Origin: Candidatus Woesearchaeota archaeon CG10_big_fil_rev_8_21_14_0_10_44_13
GTDB lineage: Archaea; Nanobdellota; Nanobdellia; Woesearchaeales; UBA12501
Direction of reading: 5' to 3'
Length of the DNA stretch: 64,000 nucleotides
Assembly: GCA_002762985.1 (NCBI GenBank)
Contig: PCXZ01000030.1
Coordinates: forward strand, 80,399-144,398
How positions within the stretch are numbered: position 1 is the first letter of the stretch; each line of letters starts with the position of its first letter. This document shows, in pieces, positions 48,081-57,381 of this stretch. Position numbers and translations under genes: made by a program. The notes below the pieces were generated by a model. It had not been told where the DNA came from, searched no databases, and saw only the letters and a list, made by a program, of their open reading frames with translations.

Positions 48081-48734
48081 ATGGACGATTCAAACATCGG
48101 CAAGGTCATCTCGATCCTGAAGAAAGAGACGAAAGGATATGTCATCCCAATAGTCACAGAAGTGGCCGGCAGAGATGATCCTTTCCTTGTGCTCATCTCC
48201 TGCCTTATAAGCCTCAGGACAAAGGACCAGGTGACGGCAAAAGCGTCTGCAAGACTGTTCAGGCTGGCAAAAACTCCTGCAAAGATGATGAAACTGAGTG
48301 TGAAGCAGATTGAGGATGCGATCTATCCTGCGGGATTCTACAAGACAAAGGCGGGAAGGATAAAGGATATATCAAAAGTTTTGGCTGAAGATCATGGTAG
48401 CAGAGTCCCTGATGAGATTGATGAATTGCTGAAATTAAAAGGAGTAGGAAGGAAGACCGCAAACCTGGTCGTCACTCTTGGCTATGGCAAGCCTGGAATC
48501 TGTGTTGACACGCATGTGTATAGGATATCCAACAGATTAGGATATGTAAAGACAAGGAACCCGTTTGAGACTGAGATGGCACTGAGGAAAAAACTTCCTA
48601 AAAGATACTGGCTCATCTACAACGACCTCCTTGTCGCATGGGGGCAGAATGTCTGCGTCCCCATAAGCCCGTTCTGCAGCAGATGCACTATTGCGAAGTA
48701 CTGCAAGAGAGTTGGTGTCGGGAAAAGCAGATAA
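48081..48734 (+). CDS. nth: Endonuclease III (HhH-GPD DNA glycosylase with [4Fe-4S] cluster)
   Basis: 'LKGVGRKTANLVV' HhH-GPD motif and a C-terminal C-x6-C-x2-C-x5-C. The ORF track start at 48027 is probably too long. Confidence 0.8.
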   Translation: MDDSNIGKVISILKKETKGYVIPIVTEVAGRDDPFLVLISCLISLRTKDQVTAKASARLFRLAKTPAKMMKLSVKQIEDAIYPAGFYKTKAGRIKDISKVLAEDHGSRVPDEIDELLKLKGVGRKTANLVVTLGYGKPGICVDTHVYRISNRLGYVKTRNPFETEMALRKKLPKRYWLIYNDLLVAWGQNVCVPISPFCSRCTIAKYCKRVGVGKSR

Positions 48735-48743
48735 GGCATAAAC

Positions 48744-49145
48744 TCATGTTTGATATGCCTTACATCTGCTTAATATCTCTTCTGCCCTGCTTACAGTCAA
48801 CGAGGTGTCTTCCCTAATAACAACATAAACTATCTTCTCAAGCGCTTCTAAGTCCAAGGATGTGCCAATCTCTGCTGCTGGCGCGAGCTCATTCAACCCG
48901 ACGCCTATCGCGCCTATGCGCCTTCCATGATTATCAGGCAAACTGTGCCTTTCTTTCTCTACGATCTCGAACAGCCTGTTTATCGCCCGGACAGCCTCTT
49001 TCCTGTTGCCGTTATATCCCTCTAGCAGGCAACTTATTGTGCCAGGATAGTGTTTTGCATACTGCTTGAATTGTTCGTTCATGCCGTCAGTTTTCATTTT
49101 TCTCGCTCCATTGCTTTTCATACTATTGACCGGATCCGAAAGCAA
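48744..49145 (-). CDS. Hypothetical protein
   Basis: 133-aa ORF with no recognisable motif. Confidence 0.25.
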   Translation of the reverse strand: MLSDPVNSMKSNGARKMKTDGMNEQFKQYAKHYPGTISCLLEGYNGNRKEAVRAINRLFEIVEKERHSLPDNHGRRIGAIGVGLNELAPAAEIGTSLDLEALEKIVYVVIREDTSLTVSRAEEILSRCKAYQT

Positions 49146-49391
49146 GACTTAGCAGTTTACCAAGAAGAAACGATGAAGGCTCTTACCCAGCTAATGCTAA
49201 GCAAGGCTTTTACCAAAAGTAAAAGAATCCGGTCTTCTGACTGGCAAAATCTCCTTTGTCTGATTTTGCTGTCATTCCGATCATTAGCATGGTGACGCAT
49301 AGGGTATATTTAAAACTTTCTATAAAATAGGCTGTTTCCAACTGGACATGGGCAGGCAAATTATTTAAACAAACGCTTAAACCCATTTTCC

Positions 49392-50174
49392 ATGATCAGG
49401 AACAGCTTCATCTTCCTCGACAGGATAAGCAAGAACGCTGAAAAGAGGATATGGCAGCAGGGCATAGACAGCTGGGATTCTTTCATTGAAGCGAAGAGGA
49501 TTGACGGCATTTCCGGGCTGAGGAAAGGCCATTATGACAGGCAGATAGACGAGGCAAGAAGGCATCTTTATTCCATGAACTCAGCATATTTCACGAATAT
49601 GCTCACAAGAGGTGAGACATGGAGATTATATCCCTTCTTCAAAGAGGATGCCGTTTTCCTTGACATAGAGACGACAGGCTATTACGGCAATATAACTGTG
49701 ATAGGGCTTTATGACGGCATTGACACAAAGATGATGATAAAGGGAGTAAACCTGGACAAGGAGATAATAAAGAAAGAGCTGTCAAAATATAAATTGATTG
49801 TGACATTCAACGGCTCTTCATTCGACCTTCCTGTCATTGAGAGATATTTCCAGGGCGTTGTCCCTTATATACCACATATTGACCTGAGGCATGTCTGCTC
49901 AAAGATAGGCCTGACAGGCGGCCTCAAATCCATAGAGAGACAGTTGAACATAAAAAGGCTGCCTGAACTGGATAATGTCACAGGAGAGGATGCAGCAAAG
50001 CTGTGGAGGGTATTCAGGGCGACAGGTGATGAATATTACCTCAATCTCCTGCTGAAATACAATGAGGAGGATATAATAAACCTCAAGACTATCGCAGATT
50101 TCGCTGTGAAGGGATTATGGAGGAAGACGAGATACGGTGAAAATGTTGACGAAAAACGGAATGATGGAAAATAA
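49392..50174 (+). CDS. RNase H-like 3'-5' exonuclease family protein (YprB-like)
   Basis: An 'FLDIETTG' exo motif sits inside an RNase-H-like fold, with an N-terminal HhH-like region. Confidence 0.55.
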   Translation: MIRNSFIFLDRISKNAEKRIWQQGIDSWDSFIEAKRIDGISGLRKGHYDRQIDEARRHLYSMNSAYFTNMLTRGETWRLYPFFKEDAVFLDIETTGYYGNITVIGLYDGIDTKMMIKGVNLDKEIIKKELSKYKLIVTFNGSSFDLPVIERYFQGVVPYIPHIDLRHVCSKIGLTGGLKSIERQLNIKRLPELDNVTGEDAAKLWRVFRATGDEYYLNLLLKYNEEDIINLKTIADFAVKGLWRKTRYGENVDEKRNDGK

Positions 50175-50194
50175 TGGAAAAAGAGGCTGAATGA

Positions 50195-50692
50195 ATGGAC
50201 TTTTTCGCGCATATCGCATGGGCTTATATAATATTCAACAAGCTAAAAAAAAGGGAATTCTGTCTTGCCCTGCTTTTTGCTGCTTTGCCCGATATTATAG
50301 GTTGGGGGGGATTTATGTTCTATAACCTTTTCAATGGAAGATTCGGTCAGCCAGACCTTACAAAAATACCAAGCTGGACATGGATGTTGTATGATATTTC
50401 CCACAGCCTTGTTGTATTTGGTGTTATTCTGTTGGTAGTCTGGCTCATATACAAAAAAATACCCTTATTCATGCTTGCATACCCCATTGAGATATTGATG
50501 GACATCCCCACTCATTCAAGGGAATTCCTGCCGACACCGTTCCTCTGGCCCGTCTCAAACTGGCATTTTCCTGGGTTCTCATGGGGGCAGGGATGGTTCA
50601 TGATATTGAACTGGTCGCTTATATTGGGTGGGATTGTTTATGTGAGTAGGGAGAGGATAAGAGGGCTTTGGCGTGCAAAAAGGAGCAGATAA
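50195..50692 (+). CDS. Membrane-bound metal-dependent hydrolase-like protein (YdjM/DUF457-type)
   Basis: Small polytopic membrane protein with an N-terminal 'MDFFAHIAW' and conserved His/Asp positions. Confidence 0.3.
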   Translation: MDFFAHIAWAYIIFNKLKKREFCLALLFAALPDIIGWGGFMFYNLFNGRFGQPDLTKIPSWTWMLYDISHSLVVFGVILLVVWLIYKKIPLFMLAYPIEILMDIPTHSREFLPTPFLWPVSNWHFPGFSWGQGWFMILNWSLILGGIVYVSRERIRGLWRAKRSR

Positions 50693-50727
50693 GTTTATAT
50701 ATAATCTTCTATCTTAATAACATTATG

Positions 50728-51210
50728 AAACATATTGGTTGGTGTTTGGATAAGATACAGATTGTGATGGCAGACATACCCAGAGAGGTGATTTCTCAGC
50801 AAGATAAAGACAAGGCAAATAAGATACTTGACGAAGTCCAAGAATATGCGGATACTTTAGCTAAACTGGTGCTCAATCCCAGATTCAAGGAATACCTGAA
50901 TAAGCTAGAAAGATCTTCGATCGAGGGGATCATGCTGCAGGCGCATGAGATCGAAGAATTGTTCAAGGATCTTGAGCATATGCTGCATTTGCTGGACCTA
51001 TACATCAAAAATCTGAGGGATATAATCCTAAATCATCCTGAACAGTGGGGTGGAAAGGCAGACCAACTGGTCCTTACGATCCACCAAAAGTTCGGCGGTG
51101 AGAGGGGGGAATTGCGCAAGGTATTCCAAATTGCCATTCATGCAAGGGAAGAATTGGAACAGATCGTAGATTCTGAAAAACATTTGGCGGAATTTCTTGA
51201 GATAAGATGA
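50728..51210 (+). CDS. Hypothetical α-helical protein
   Basis: ORF 50668-51210. The likely start is the ATG at 50728. Confidence 0.3.
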   Translation, partial: KHIGWCLDKIQIVMADIPREVISQQDKDKANKILDEVQEYADTLAKLVLNPRFKEYLNKLERSSIEGIMLQAHEIEELFKDLEHMLHLLDLYIKNLRDIILNHPEQWGGKADQLVLTIHQKFGGERGELRKVFQIAIHAREELEQIVDSEKHLAEFLEIR

Positions 51211-51227
51211 ATATGATTATTATGTAT

Positions 51228-51884
51228 TCACTTGAATACTTCCCCAGTCTCCATGCTCCAGAAAACAAGGTCAAGCTCGTCGATATTTATCCTGTGTTCT
51301 TCGCAGAAGGCCTCAAGCTCCTTCTCAAGACCCAGATACTCTTTCCTTGACAGGGTCTTTGGCAGCTTATGGACAGCGCCATGCCTCAGCATATTCTTCA
51401 GTATGTGCCTGTCCAGTATCGCAAGGCCCCTGAATCCTATGTTCCTGAGGAAATGGCTGGCCTCTTTGTAGCTTATCCCTTTCACGTTCCTGACAAGGAA
51501 CTCGCGTAATTCTTTTGGATCTGCTTTTTTCTTCTTAGCTTCCTTCACTTTTTCCAGGACCATATTGATCTTTCCCTTGAGCTCCACAAGGTACTTCGCC
51601 TTGTTGTTGTGGAACCTAACATTGCCTATGAGGTATCTTGAAGGGTTGAAATCATTGTGCAGGAAATCCTTGTCCTTTAGGATGGAGACTGAGATGTCGC
51701 ACCTTCTTGCTTTTGACTGGGGGGTGCATAGGCAGAAACATAGCTCATAGAACCAGTCCTTTTCAGGCACTTTTGAGAAATCCGCCAGCCTTCCCTTTAT
51801 CTCAGGCTTGTTTTTCCAATAAAAATCAAGAAGTTCCCTTATTTCTTCTTTTTTGGTTTTCCGCAGTGCCCGCATGACATCCAC
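51228..51884 (-). CDS. ogg: N-glycosylase/DNA lyase (Ogg2-type 8-oxoguanine DNA glycosylase)
   Basis: The 'GISYKEASHFLRNIGFRGLAILDRHILK' HhH-GPD region is typical of archaeal Ogg2. It is 218 aa long. Confidence 0.7.
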   Translation of the reverse strand: MDVMRALRKTKKEEIRELLDFYWKNKPEIKGRLADFSKVPEKDWFYELCFCLCTPQSKARRCDISVSILKDKDFLHNDFNPSRYLIGNVRFHNNKAKYLVELKGKINMVLEKVKEAKKKKADPKELREFLVRNVKGISYKEASHFLRNIGFRGLAILDRHILKNMLRHGAVHKLPKTLSRKEYLGLEKELEAFCEEHRINIDELDLVFWSMETGEVFK

Positions 51885-52032
51885 ACCCCTCTTGGGGTTT
51901 TATATTTTATGGAAAATATTTTATGAAAGATGATTTATTGAAATAAGATCATTTCTTTTTCTTCTTTTTCGGCTTTTCACAGCAGCAACATCCCATGATT
52001 GCACCTCCTTTTTATTAGTTCATCGAATCAAT

Positions 52033-52617
52033 CTAATTGCAGCACTTGTCATTGTTCGTTTTGACTTCATGGTATTTCGCATCATGGACGTCCATATCAT
52101 CTATCATATCCTTCTGCTGCCAGTCCTTGACCCATTGGCCCACTTCAAATATCTTTATCTTATTGTCTTTCGTGTTGCATATTACCCTGTTTATTCCTGC
52201 ATTGAGTATCATCTTCTTGCATATGAAGCAGGGCGATATGTCTATAAGGGTATTATCCCCGCCATATATCCTCTTGCCGAATATATACATGTCCGCCCCT
52301 TCTATGTTTGTCCCTGCCCTTGATGCGTTTATTATTGCGTTCTGCTCAGCATGGACGCTCCTGCACAGCTCATACCTGTGCCCTGAAGGGATATTCAGCT
52401 CCCGCCTCAGGCAGTTGCCCCTCTCCCAGCAGTCCTTTGTCTTCCTTGGGGCTCCGACATATCCAGTAGAGATTATCCTCTTATCCTTAACTATCAACGC
52501 GCCTATCCTTGCGCTCATGCAGGTGCCCCTTTCAGCGACATCCCTCGTTATAGCAAGGAAATACTCGTCCCATGAAGGCCTTTTTGAATGATCTTGCTGT
52601 TCTTGGTCTTTTGGCAT
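52033..52617 (-). CDS. dCMP deaminase (cytidine/deoxycytidylate deaminase zinc-binding family)
   Basis: 'HAEQNAI' and 'PCFICKKMI' zinc-ligand motifs. Confidence 0.8.
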   Translation of the reverse strand: MPKDQEQQDHSKRPSWDEYFLAITRDVAERGTCMSARIGALIVKDKRIISTGYVGAPRKTKDCWERGNCLRRELNIPSGHRYELCRSVHAEQNAIINASRAGTNIEGADMYIFGKRIYGGDNTLIDISPCFICKKMILNAGINRVICNTKDNKIKIFEVGQWVKDWQQKDMIDDMDVHDAKYHEVKTNNDKCCN

Positions 52618-52644
52618 TGTATCCCTTTTATATCTTATTGTTCA

Positions 52645-53205
52645 TTATTTATCCTTCTTTTTTAACAGATCATCGACATTTTTTCTCAGCTTTTCAAGTG
52701 AACCATCATTGATCATGGTTAAATCGGCCATGCCCATGCAGTTAAGCAATTGCTGGCCTGTCTTGCCCCCCTTGAGCTGGACTTCCTCCTGCCCCCTGAA
52801 TTTCTCGAAGCTGACAGAGTCCGAGGCCCTTTTCCTCAGCTTTATCCTGTCGTATCTCAGCTCTATCGGGGCATCGACTGCGATCAATATAAATCTTTTG
52901 TTTTTCTTCAATTCCTCTATTTCGGCAGGATTCCTTATGCTGTCCACTATGAAATCCTTATTTCCGTGCATTTCGCCTTCCTTTATCCTCTTGAGGACCC
53001 TCTTGCTCAATGTAGCAGGGCCTTCCTTTGCCCTCAGTTCGTTGCCTACTGTAATAAGGTTGTCAAGGCCCTCGTCAAGGCCTCTTTTTTTTACCTCTGC
53101 CCTTATTTCGTCAGACAATGAAGTGTATTCGAAGCCTTTCTCTTTCAGCATCTCTGCTACTGTGCCTTTGCCTGCGCCGTTTGTGCCGGTTAAACCTATT
53201 ATCAT
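52645..53205 (-). CDS. P-loop nucleotide/nucleoside monophosphate kinase family protein
   Basis: 'IIGLTGTNGAGKGT' Walker A in a ~185-aa NMP-kinase-sized protein. Context suggests a dNMP kinase, but the substrate is unknown. Confidence 0.4.
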   Translation of the reverse strand: MIIGLTGTNGAGKGTVAEMLKEKGFEYTSLSDEIRAEVKKRGLDEGLDNLITVGNELRAKEGPATLSKRVLKRIKEGEMHGNKDFIVDSIRNPAEIEELKKNKRFILIAVDAPIELRYDRIKLRKRASDSVSFEKFRGQEEVQLKGGKTGQQLLNCMGMADLTMINDGSLEKLRKNVDDLLKKKDK

Positions 53206-53247
53206 ATTGTCGCCTGTGTTTTATCGAATGATGTCAAATAGTTGATA

Positions 53248-53886
53248 TCAATATTCTATCCCTCTTCTCGCCGAAACCCCCTTGTCGAAATAATGTTTCA
53301 CAAGCTTCATCTCTGTGACAAGATCAGCCTTCTCTATTATCTCCTGCGGGGCGCCTCTGCCTGTGAGCACAAGCTCTGTGTTCTTCGCTTTGTTCCTCAT
53401 CAGCGCAAGTACGGCCTCAGAGCTTATTATGTTCTTCCTCAGGGCATTATTTATCTCGTCCAATATCACAAGATCATATTCTCCTGAGACGGTTGCCTCT
53501 TTCGCATGCTCCATCGCTTCAAATGCCAATGCCTTCTCTTCCTGATCCTGCAGGAAGCAGTTCCTGCATTCCCCGCATTGTATATCTTCCCTTATGAAAT
53601 CGACAGGAAAACTGTCTTTCTCTCCGTCAAACCCTGAAAGCTTTAGCTGCCTCTGCTCCTTCACGCAGGGTTTGCCATACTGGTAGATCTTTATGTTTGG
53701 AAGATAATTTTTTATCGCTATATACTCGCCAGTATAAGCGCCGCCTTTGAGGAACTGGACTATGCAGACCTTGAGATTCTGGCCTGCAGCCCTCAACGCA
53801 ATCCCCATTGAGGTGGTGGTCTTGCCCTTATTATCCCCAGTATACACATGGACCATTCCCAGATTTTCCTTTCCCATCAAAACCAC
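53248..53886 (-). CDS. cobA: ATP:cob(I)alamin adenosyltransferase, CobA/CobO/BtuR type, with a Cys-rich insertion
   Basis: 'VYTGDNKGKTTTSMG' P-loop and 'VQFLKGG...ILDEIN...HYFDKGV' CobA core. A 4-Cys insert (C-x22-C-x2-C-x2-C) lies in the middle. Confidence 0.7.
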   Translation of the reverse strand: MVLMGKENLGMVHVYTGDNKGKTTTSMGIALRAAGQNLKVCIVQFLKGGAYTGEYIAIKNYLPNIKIYQYGKPCVKEQRQLKLSGFDGEKDSFPVDFIREDIQCGECRNCFLQDQEEKALAFEAMEHAKEATVSGEYDLVILDEINNALRKNIISSEAVLALMRNKAKNTELVLTGRGAPQEIIEKADLVTEMKLVKHYFDKGVSARRGIEY

Positions 53887-53923
53887 ATTCCGTCATTTAT
53901 CCTTATCATGCTGCCAAAATCAT

Positions 53924-56110
53924 TCAAGAGCAGTAAGAGTAGCCGCACGAAGGGCATGTGGCGCAGCCGCTCTCGAACTTGAGCTTGCTGCCGCACTCAG
54001 GGCATATCTCATCCCTCTGCTCTTCCTTCTTCTCCTCTTTTTTCTTGGCTTTTTTCTCCTCAGCATCTGTGACATCTATGTTCAATACCTGCTCGCCCCT
54101 GCTCCTGTCCCTGTAGACCGTAACGCCTTTGCATTTAAGCTTGTAAGCCTGCATATACACGTTCTCGACGTCCCTTGTTGTGGCGCTGTGGGGGAAATTC
54201 ACTGTCTTTGACACTGCATTGTTCGTGTATTTCTGGAATGCGGCCTGCATCCTGACATGCCATTCAGGCGTCACATCATGCGCAGTCACATAGACCTTCT
54301 TCACGGACTTTGGTATCTCATCGAAGCTGTGCAGTGATCCCTTGTTCGCTATCTTCTTCAGCAGATCTTCAGAATAGAACCCTTTTTCCCTGGATATGAT
54401 CTCAAAATACTTGTTTGTGTACAGGAGATCCTGGCCGTCCATGACCCTTTTTATGAAAGATATGGCGAACAATGGCTCTACGCCGCTGGCTACATCCGCT
54501 ATCATGCTTATCGTGCCCGTTGGAGCGATAGTAGTCCTTGTCGCATTCCTTACCCTATCCTCTTTCTTGCCAGTGTCATAGATGCTGCCCTTGAAAGCAG
54601 GGAAAACTCCCCTTTCTTTCGCCAGCTCTGCTGATTTTGCCATGGCCTCATCATCTATGAACTTCATGACCTTCTCTGCGAGCTTCAGGGCTTCTTCAGA
54701 ATCATATGCCAGGTCAAGCTGGAACAGCATGTCAGCCCACCCCATCACACCTAATCCTATCTTCCTTGTCTTCAGGGTCTGCTCTTTTATCTTATCTATC
54801 GGATAAGAGTTCATGTCTATGACATTGTCAAGGAAATGCACGGCCTGATGTATGATCTTCCTCAGCTTCTCGTAATCGACTTCCCCATCCCTGACAAAAT
54901 TCGCCAGGTTTATTGAGCCTAGATTGCACGACTCGTAAGGGAGCAACGGCTGTTCTCCGCAGGGATTTGTGCTCTCGATCTCGCCTAAGTTCGGAGTCGG
55001 GTTGTATTTGTTTATCTCGTCTATGAAAACTATGCCCGGATCCCCGTTCTTCCATGCCATCATCACTATGAGATCGAATATGCCCCTTGCAGGGACTTTC
55101 CTGATGGCCTCTTTCGTCCTGGGGTTCAAGAACTCGAATTCCTTGTCCTTCTCGAGCGCCTTCATGAACTTTTCTGTCAAAGCCACTGAGAAGTTGAAGT
55201 TGTTGAATACATTGTCCTTCTCTTTTGCGACTATGAAATCCATTACGTCAGGATGGTCGACCCTCAGGATGCCCATGTTCGCCCCTCTTCTCTTCCCGCC
55301 CTGTTTTATCACGTCAGTGGCCGCATCAAAGACCTTCATGAAAGACAATGGCCCTGATGATACCCCTTTCGTCGATTTCACCCTGTCGCTCTTCGGCCTC
55401 AGCCTTGAGAATGAGAATCCTGTGCCTCCGCCGCTCTTGTGGATCAATGCGGTGTTCTTTATGGCATCGAATATCTCCTCCATAGAATCGCCAACGGGCA
55501 ATACGAAGCATGCTGAAAGCTGCTGTATCTCATTGCCTGCGTTCATCAAGGTGGGGGAATTCGGCAGGAAATCAAGGTTCGCCATCATCTCATAGAAAGA
55601 CTGCTCTACTTCCCTCGCTTCATCTTCTTTTGCGCCGTGCTTCCTGTCAGCCGAGGCTATGTTCCTGGCCACTCTCCTGAAAAGCTGGTTAGGCGTCTCT
55701 ATGATGTTCCCGTCGTTGTCCTTCCTGAGGTATCTTTCGCTCAGCACTTTAAGCGCATTCACGCTGAGCTTTGTCTCGACAAGCCTTCCCATCACTGCTG
55801 TCTTCTCTGCCCTCAGCTCGCTCCTCTTCTGCCTGTAGAGTATGTATTCCTTCGCTGTCTTCGCGTGGCCTGTCTTCATGAGAACCTTTTCGACAGTGTC
55901 CTGGACTTCCTCGACTGTAGGTATCTTTTTTCCGTCAAAGATGGCGTTCAGCTCGTCAGCGACCATGGCAGAAAGCTCCTCTGCAATCTTCCTGTCCTTT
56001 CCGCCCACTGACTCTGCTGCCTTGAATATGACATCTGTTATCTTCTCTTTATCGAAATCGACTATCCTTCCGTCCCTCTTCTTTATCTTCTTAACATCTG
56101 TGTCTGCCAT
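53924..56110 (-). CDS. nrdJ: Adenosylcobalamin-dependent ribonucleotide reductase (class II, NrdJ) with N-terminal ATP-cone and C-terminal zinc ribbon
   Basis: N-terminal ATP-cone ('VKKIKKRDGRIVDFDKEKI'), an RNR 10-stranded-barrel core, and a C-terminal 'CPECG...CATCPSCG' ribbon. Confidence 0.85.
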   Translation of the reverse strand: MADTDVKKIKKRDGRIVDFDKEKITDVIFKAAESVGGKDRKIAEELSAMVADELNAIFDGKKIPTVEEVQDTVEKVLMKTGHAKTAKEYILYRQKRSELRAEKTAVMGRLVETKLSVNALKVLSERYLRKDNDGNIIETPNQLFRRVARNIASADRKHGAKEDEAREVEQSFYEMMANLDFLPNSPTLMNAGNEIQQLSACFVLPVGDSMEEIFDAIKNTALIHKSGGGTGFSFSRLRPKSDRVKSTKGVSSGPLSFMKVFDAATDVIKQGGKRRGANMGILRVDHPDVMDFIVAKEKDNVFNNFNFSVALTEKFMKALEKDKEFEFLNPRTKEAIRKVPARGIFDLIVMMAWKNGDPGIVFIDEINKYNPTPNLGEIESTNPCGEQPLLPYESCNLGSINLANFVRDGEVDYEKLRKIIHQAVHFLDNVIDMNSYPIDKIKEQTLKTRKIGLGVMGWADMLFQLDLAYDSEEALKLAEKVMKFIDDEAMAKSAELAKERGVFPAFKGSIYDTGKKEDRVRNATRTTIAPTGTISMIADVASGVEPLFAISFIKRVMDGQDLLYTNKYFEIISREKGFYSEDLLKKIANKGSLHSFDEIPKSVKKVYVTAHDVTPEWHVRMQAAFQKYTNNAVSKTVNFPHSATTRDVENVYMQAYKLKCKGVTVYRDRSRGEQVLNIDVTDAEEKKAKKKEEKKEEQRDEICPECGSKLKFESGCATCPSCGYSYCS

Positions 56111-56219
56111 CTTATGCCTCCTCTTTTTTACTGAATCATTGTTTTTTCTTTGTTTTTATCGGTTTTTAGTTTTTTTACCGGCTTAACTTTTATTTTCCTT
56201 CATTTTATCACGTTGAGAT

Positions 56220-56666
56220 TCATTTCTTCAGCTTTCCGAGCTCCTCTTCAAAGGATTTCGGATCATTAAACTCCTTATAGACAGAAGCGAACCTCAGATA
56301 AGCCACATCATCAGTCTTTTTCAGCTTTTTCATGACTATGTCTCCTATAGACCTTGCAGGGATCTCCTTCTTTCCCTTGTTGAGTATATCAGATTCTATG
56401 TCATCGACCATCCCTGCCAGCATCTCATCGCTTATGGGCCTTTTCTCGCATGCTTTCCTCATGCCCAGAAGTATCTTCTCGCGGTCAAACTCCTGTTTTG
56501 AGCCGTCTTTCTTTATCACTGAAAGGGAAATCTGGAAATTCTCGTATGTCGTGAAGCGTTTGCTGCACTTGAGGCATTCCCTTCTGCGCTTTATAGAACT
56601 AGAATCAGGGCTATCCCGCTTGTCCATCACCTTGCTTTCAGCATGGGAGCAGTATGGGCACCTCAT
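56220..56666 (-). CDS. nrdR: Transcriptional repressor NrdR (zinc ribbon + ATP-cone)
   Basis: 'MRCPYCSHAESKVMDKR...RRRECLKCSKRFTTYE' zinc ribbon, followed by an ATP-cone with a 'VAYLRFASVYKEF' end. The ATG at 56666 is preceded by GAGGAG, and the longer track ORF (to 56792) is an N-terminal over-extension. Confidence 0.8.
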   Translation of the reverse strand: MRCPYCSHAESKVMDKRDSPDSSSIKRRRECLKCSKRFTTYENFQISLSVIKKDGSKQEFDREKILLGMRKACEKRPISDEMLAGMVDDIESDILNKGKKEIPARSIGDIVMKKLKKTDDVAYLRFASVYKEFNDPKSFEEELGKLKK

Positions 56667-56722
56667 TTTTACACTCCTCTGAATAACCTCTTTTTTGACG
56701 TTTGTTACTTCAAGATAAAGAA

Positions 56723-56769
56723 ACACAATATCTTGTGTTTTCCAAGATAAAAACCACAATATCTTGTAT
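56723..56769. promoter_or_regulatory. Tandem NrdR boxes (two 16-bp palindromic operators, centre-to-centre 31 bp) upstream of nrdR-nrdJ
   Basis: ACACAATATCTTGTGT (56723-56738) and CCACAATATCTTGTAT (56754-56769) match the NrdR-box consensus acaCwAtATaTwGtgt. Each sits inside a ~31-bp direct repeat (CAAGATAAA...). Confidence 0.65.
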
Positions 56770-56925
56770 CTGTAAGGAAATCTGTTGAGCATTATAAATA
56801 TTCTTATTGTGTGGAATATATTTTTAGTAGATTGTATTTGGTAGGTTGTTTTTTAGGACAACTTAGCTGTTTTTTTGATATTTTTGAAAAAAATAGAGAA
56901 AAGTAAAAGAAAAAAATAATAAAAA

Positions 56926-57381
56926 TCACGCCTTATACACTATATCCCCTTCCCTGACCTTGTCGATGACCTTCATGCCTATCTCCTGGCCTTTCTTGGC
57001 CTCTGTGACCTTGTCATGGTCTATCTGCATCGATTCGACCTTCTGCTTCAGGTTGGTGGTCGCTCCTTCTATGGATATCACATCGCCGGCCTTGAGGCTG
57101 TTTTCAATCTTCACTACTGCGACGCTTATGTGCGAATAGAAATGGGTGACTTCGCCTATCTTTGTCCTCTGCACAAGCTTTGCGGCCGGTTTCACTGCCC
57201 GTTTCAGTGAGGATTTCTTTGCCGCTGCCTTCTTTGCGGGCTTTGCTGCCTTTCTCATCACTTTTTTCTTAACGGCTTTCTTTGCAGCTTTCGCTCTCTT
57301 GAATTTGGGTTTCTTTGATGCCTTTGACTTAGAAGCCTTTTTTGGCTTGGATTTTGCCTTCTTTTTTGCCATATATTTCAC
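56926..57381 (-). CDS. Lysine/alanine-rich (histone H1-like tail) DNA-binding protein with C-terminal β-barrel domain
   Basis: The N-terminal ~75 aa are AKK/PAKK repeats, and a C-terminal ~75-aa β-rich domain follows. A TATA box and a GGAGG-like SD lie upstream. Confidence 0.45.
   Translation of the reverse strand: MKYMAKKKAKSKPKKASKSKASKKPKFKRAKAAKKAVKKKVMRKAAKPAKKAAAKKSSLKRAVKPAAKLVQRTKIGEVTHFYSHISVAVVKIENSLKAGDVISIEGATTNLKQKVESMQIDHDKVTEAKKGQEIGMKVIDKVREGDIVYKA

Noticed and set aside
49160-49240. C/D-box sRNA
   Set aside because: The candidate C box (GATGAAG) and D box (CTGA) are imperfect, and no internal C'/D' pair was found.
56667-56792. N-terminal 42-aa extension of NrdR in the ORF track
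   Set aside because: NrdR proteins start with the MxCPxC zinc ribbon, and a GAGGAG SD precedes the internal ATG at 56666. The extension would also run through the NrdR boxes.
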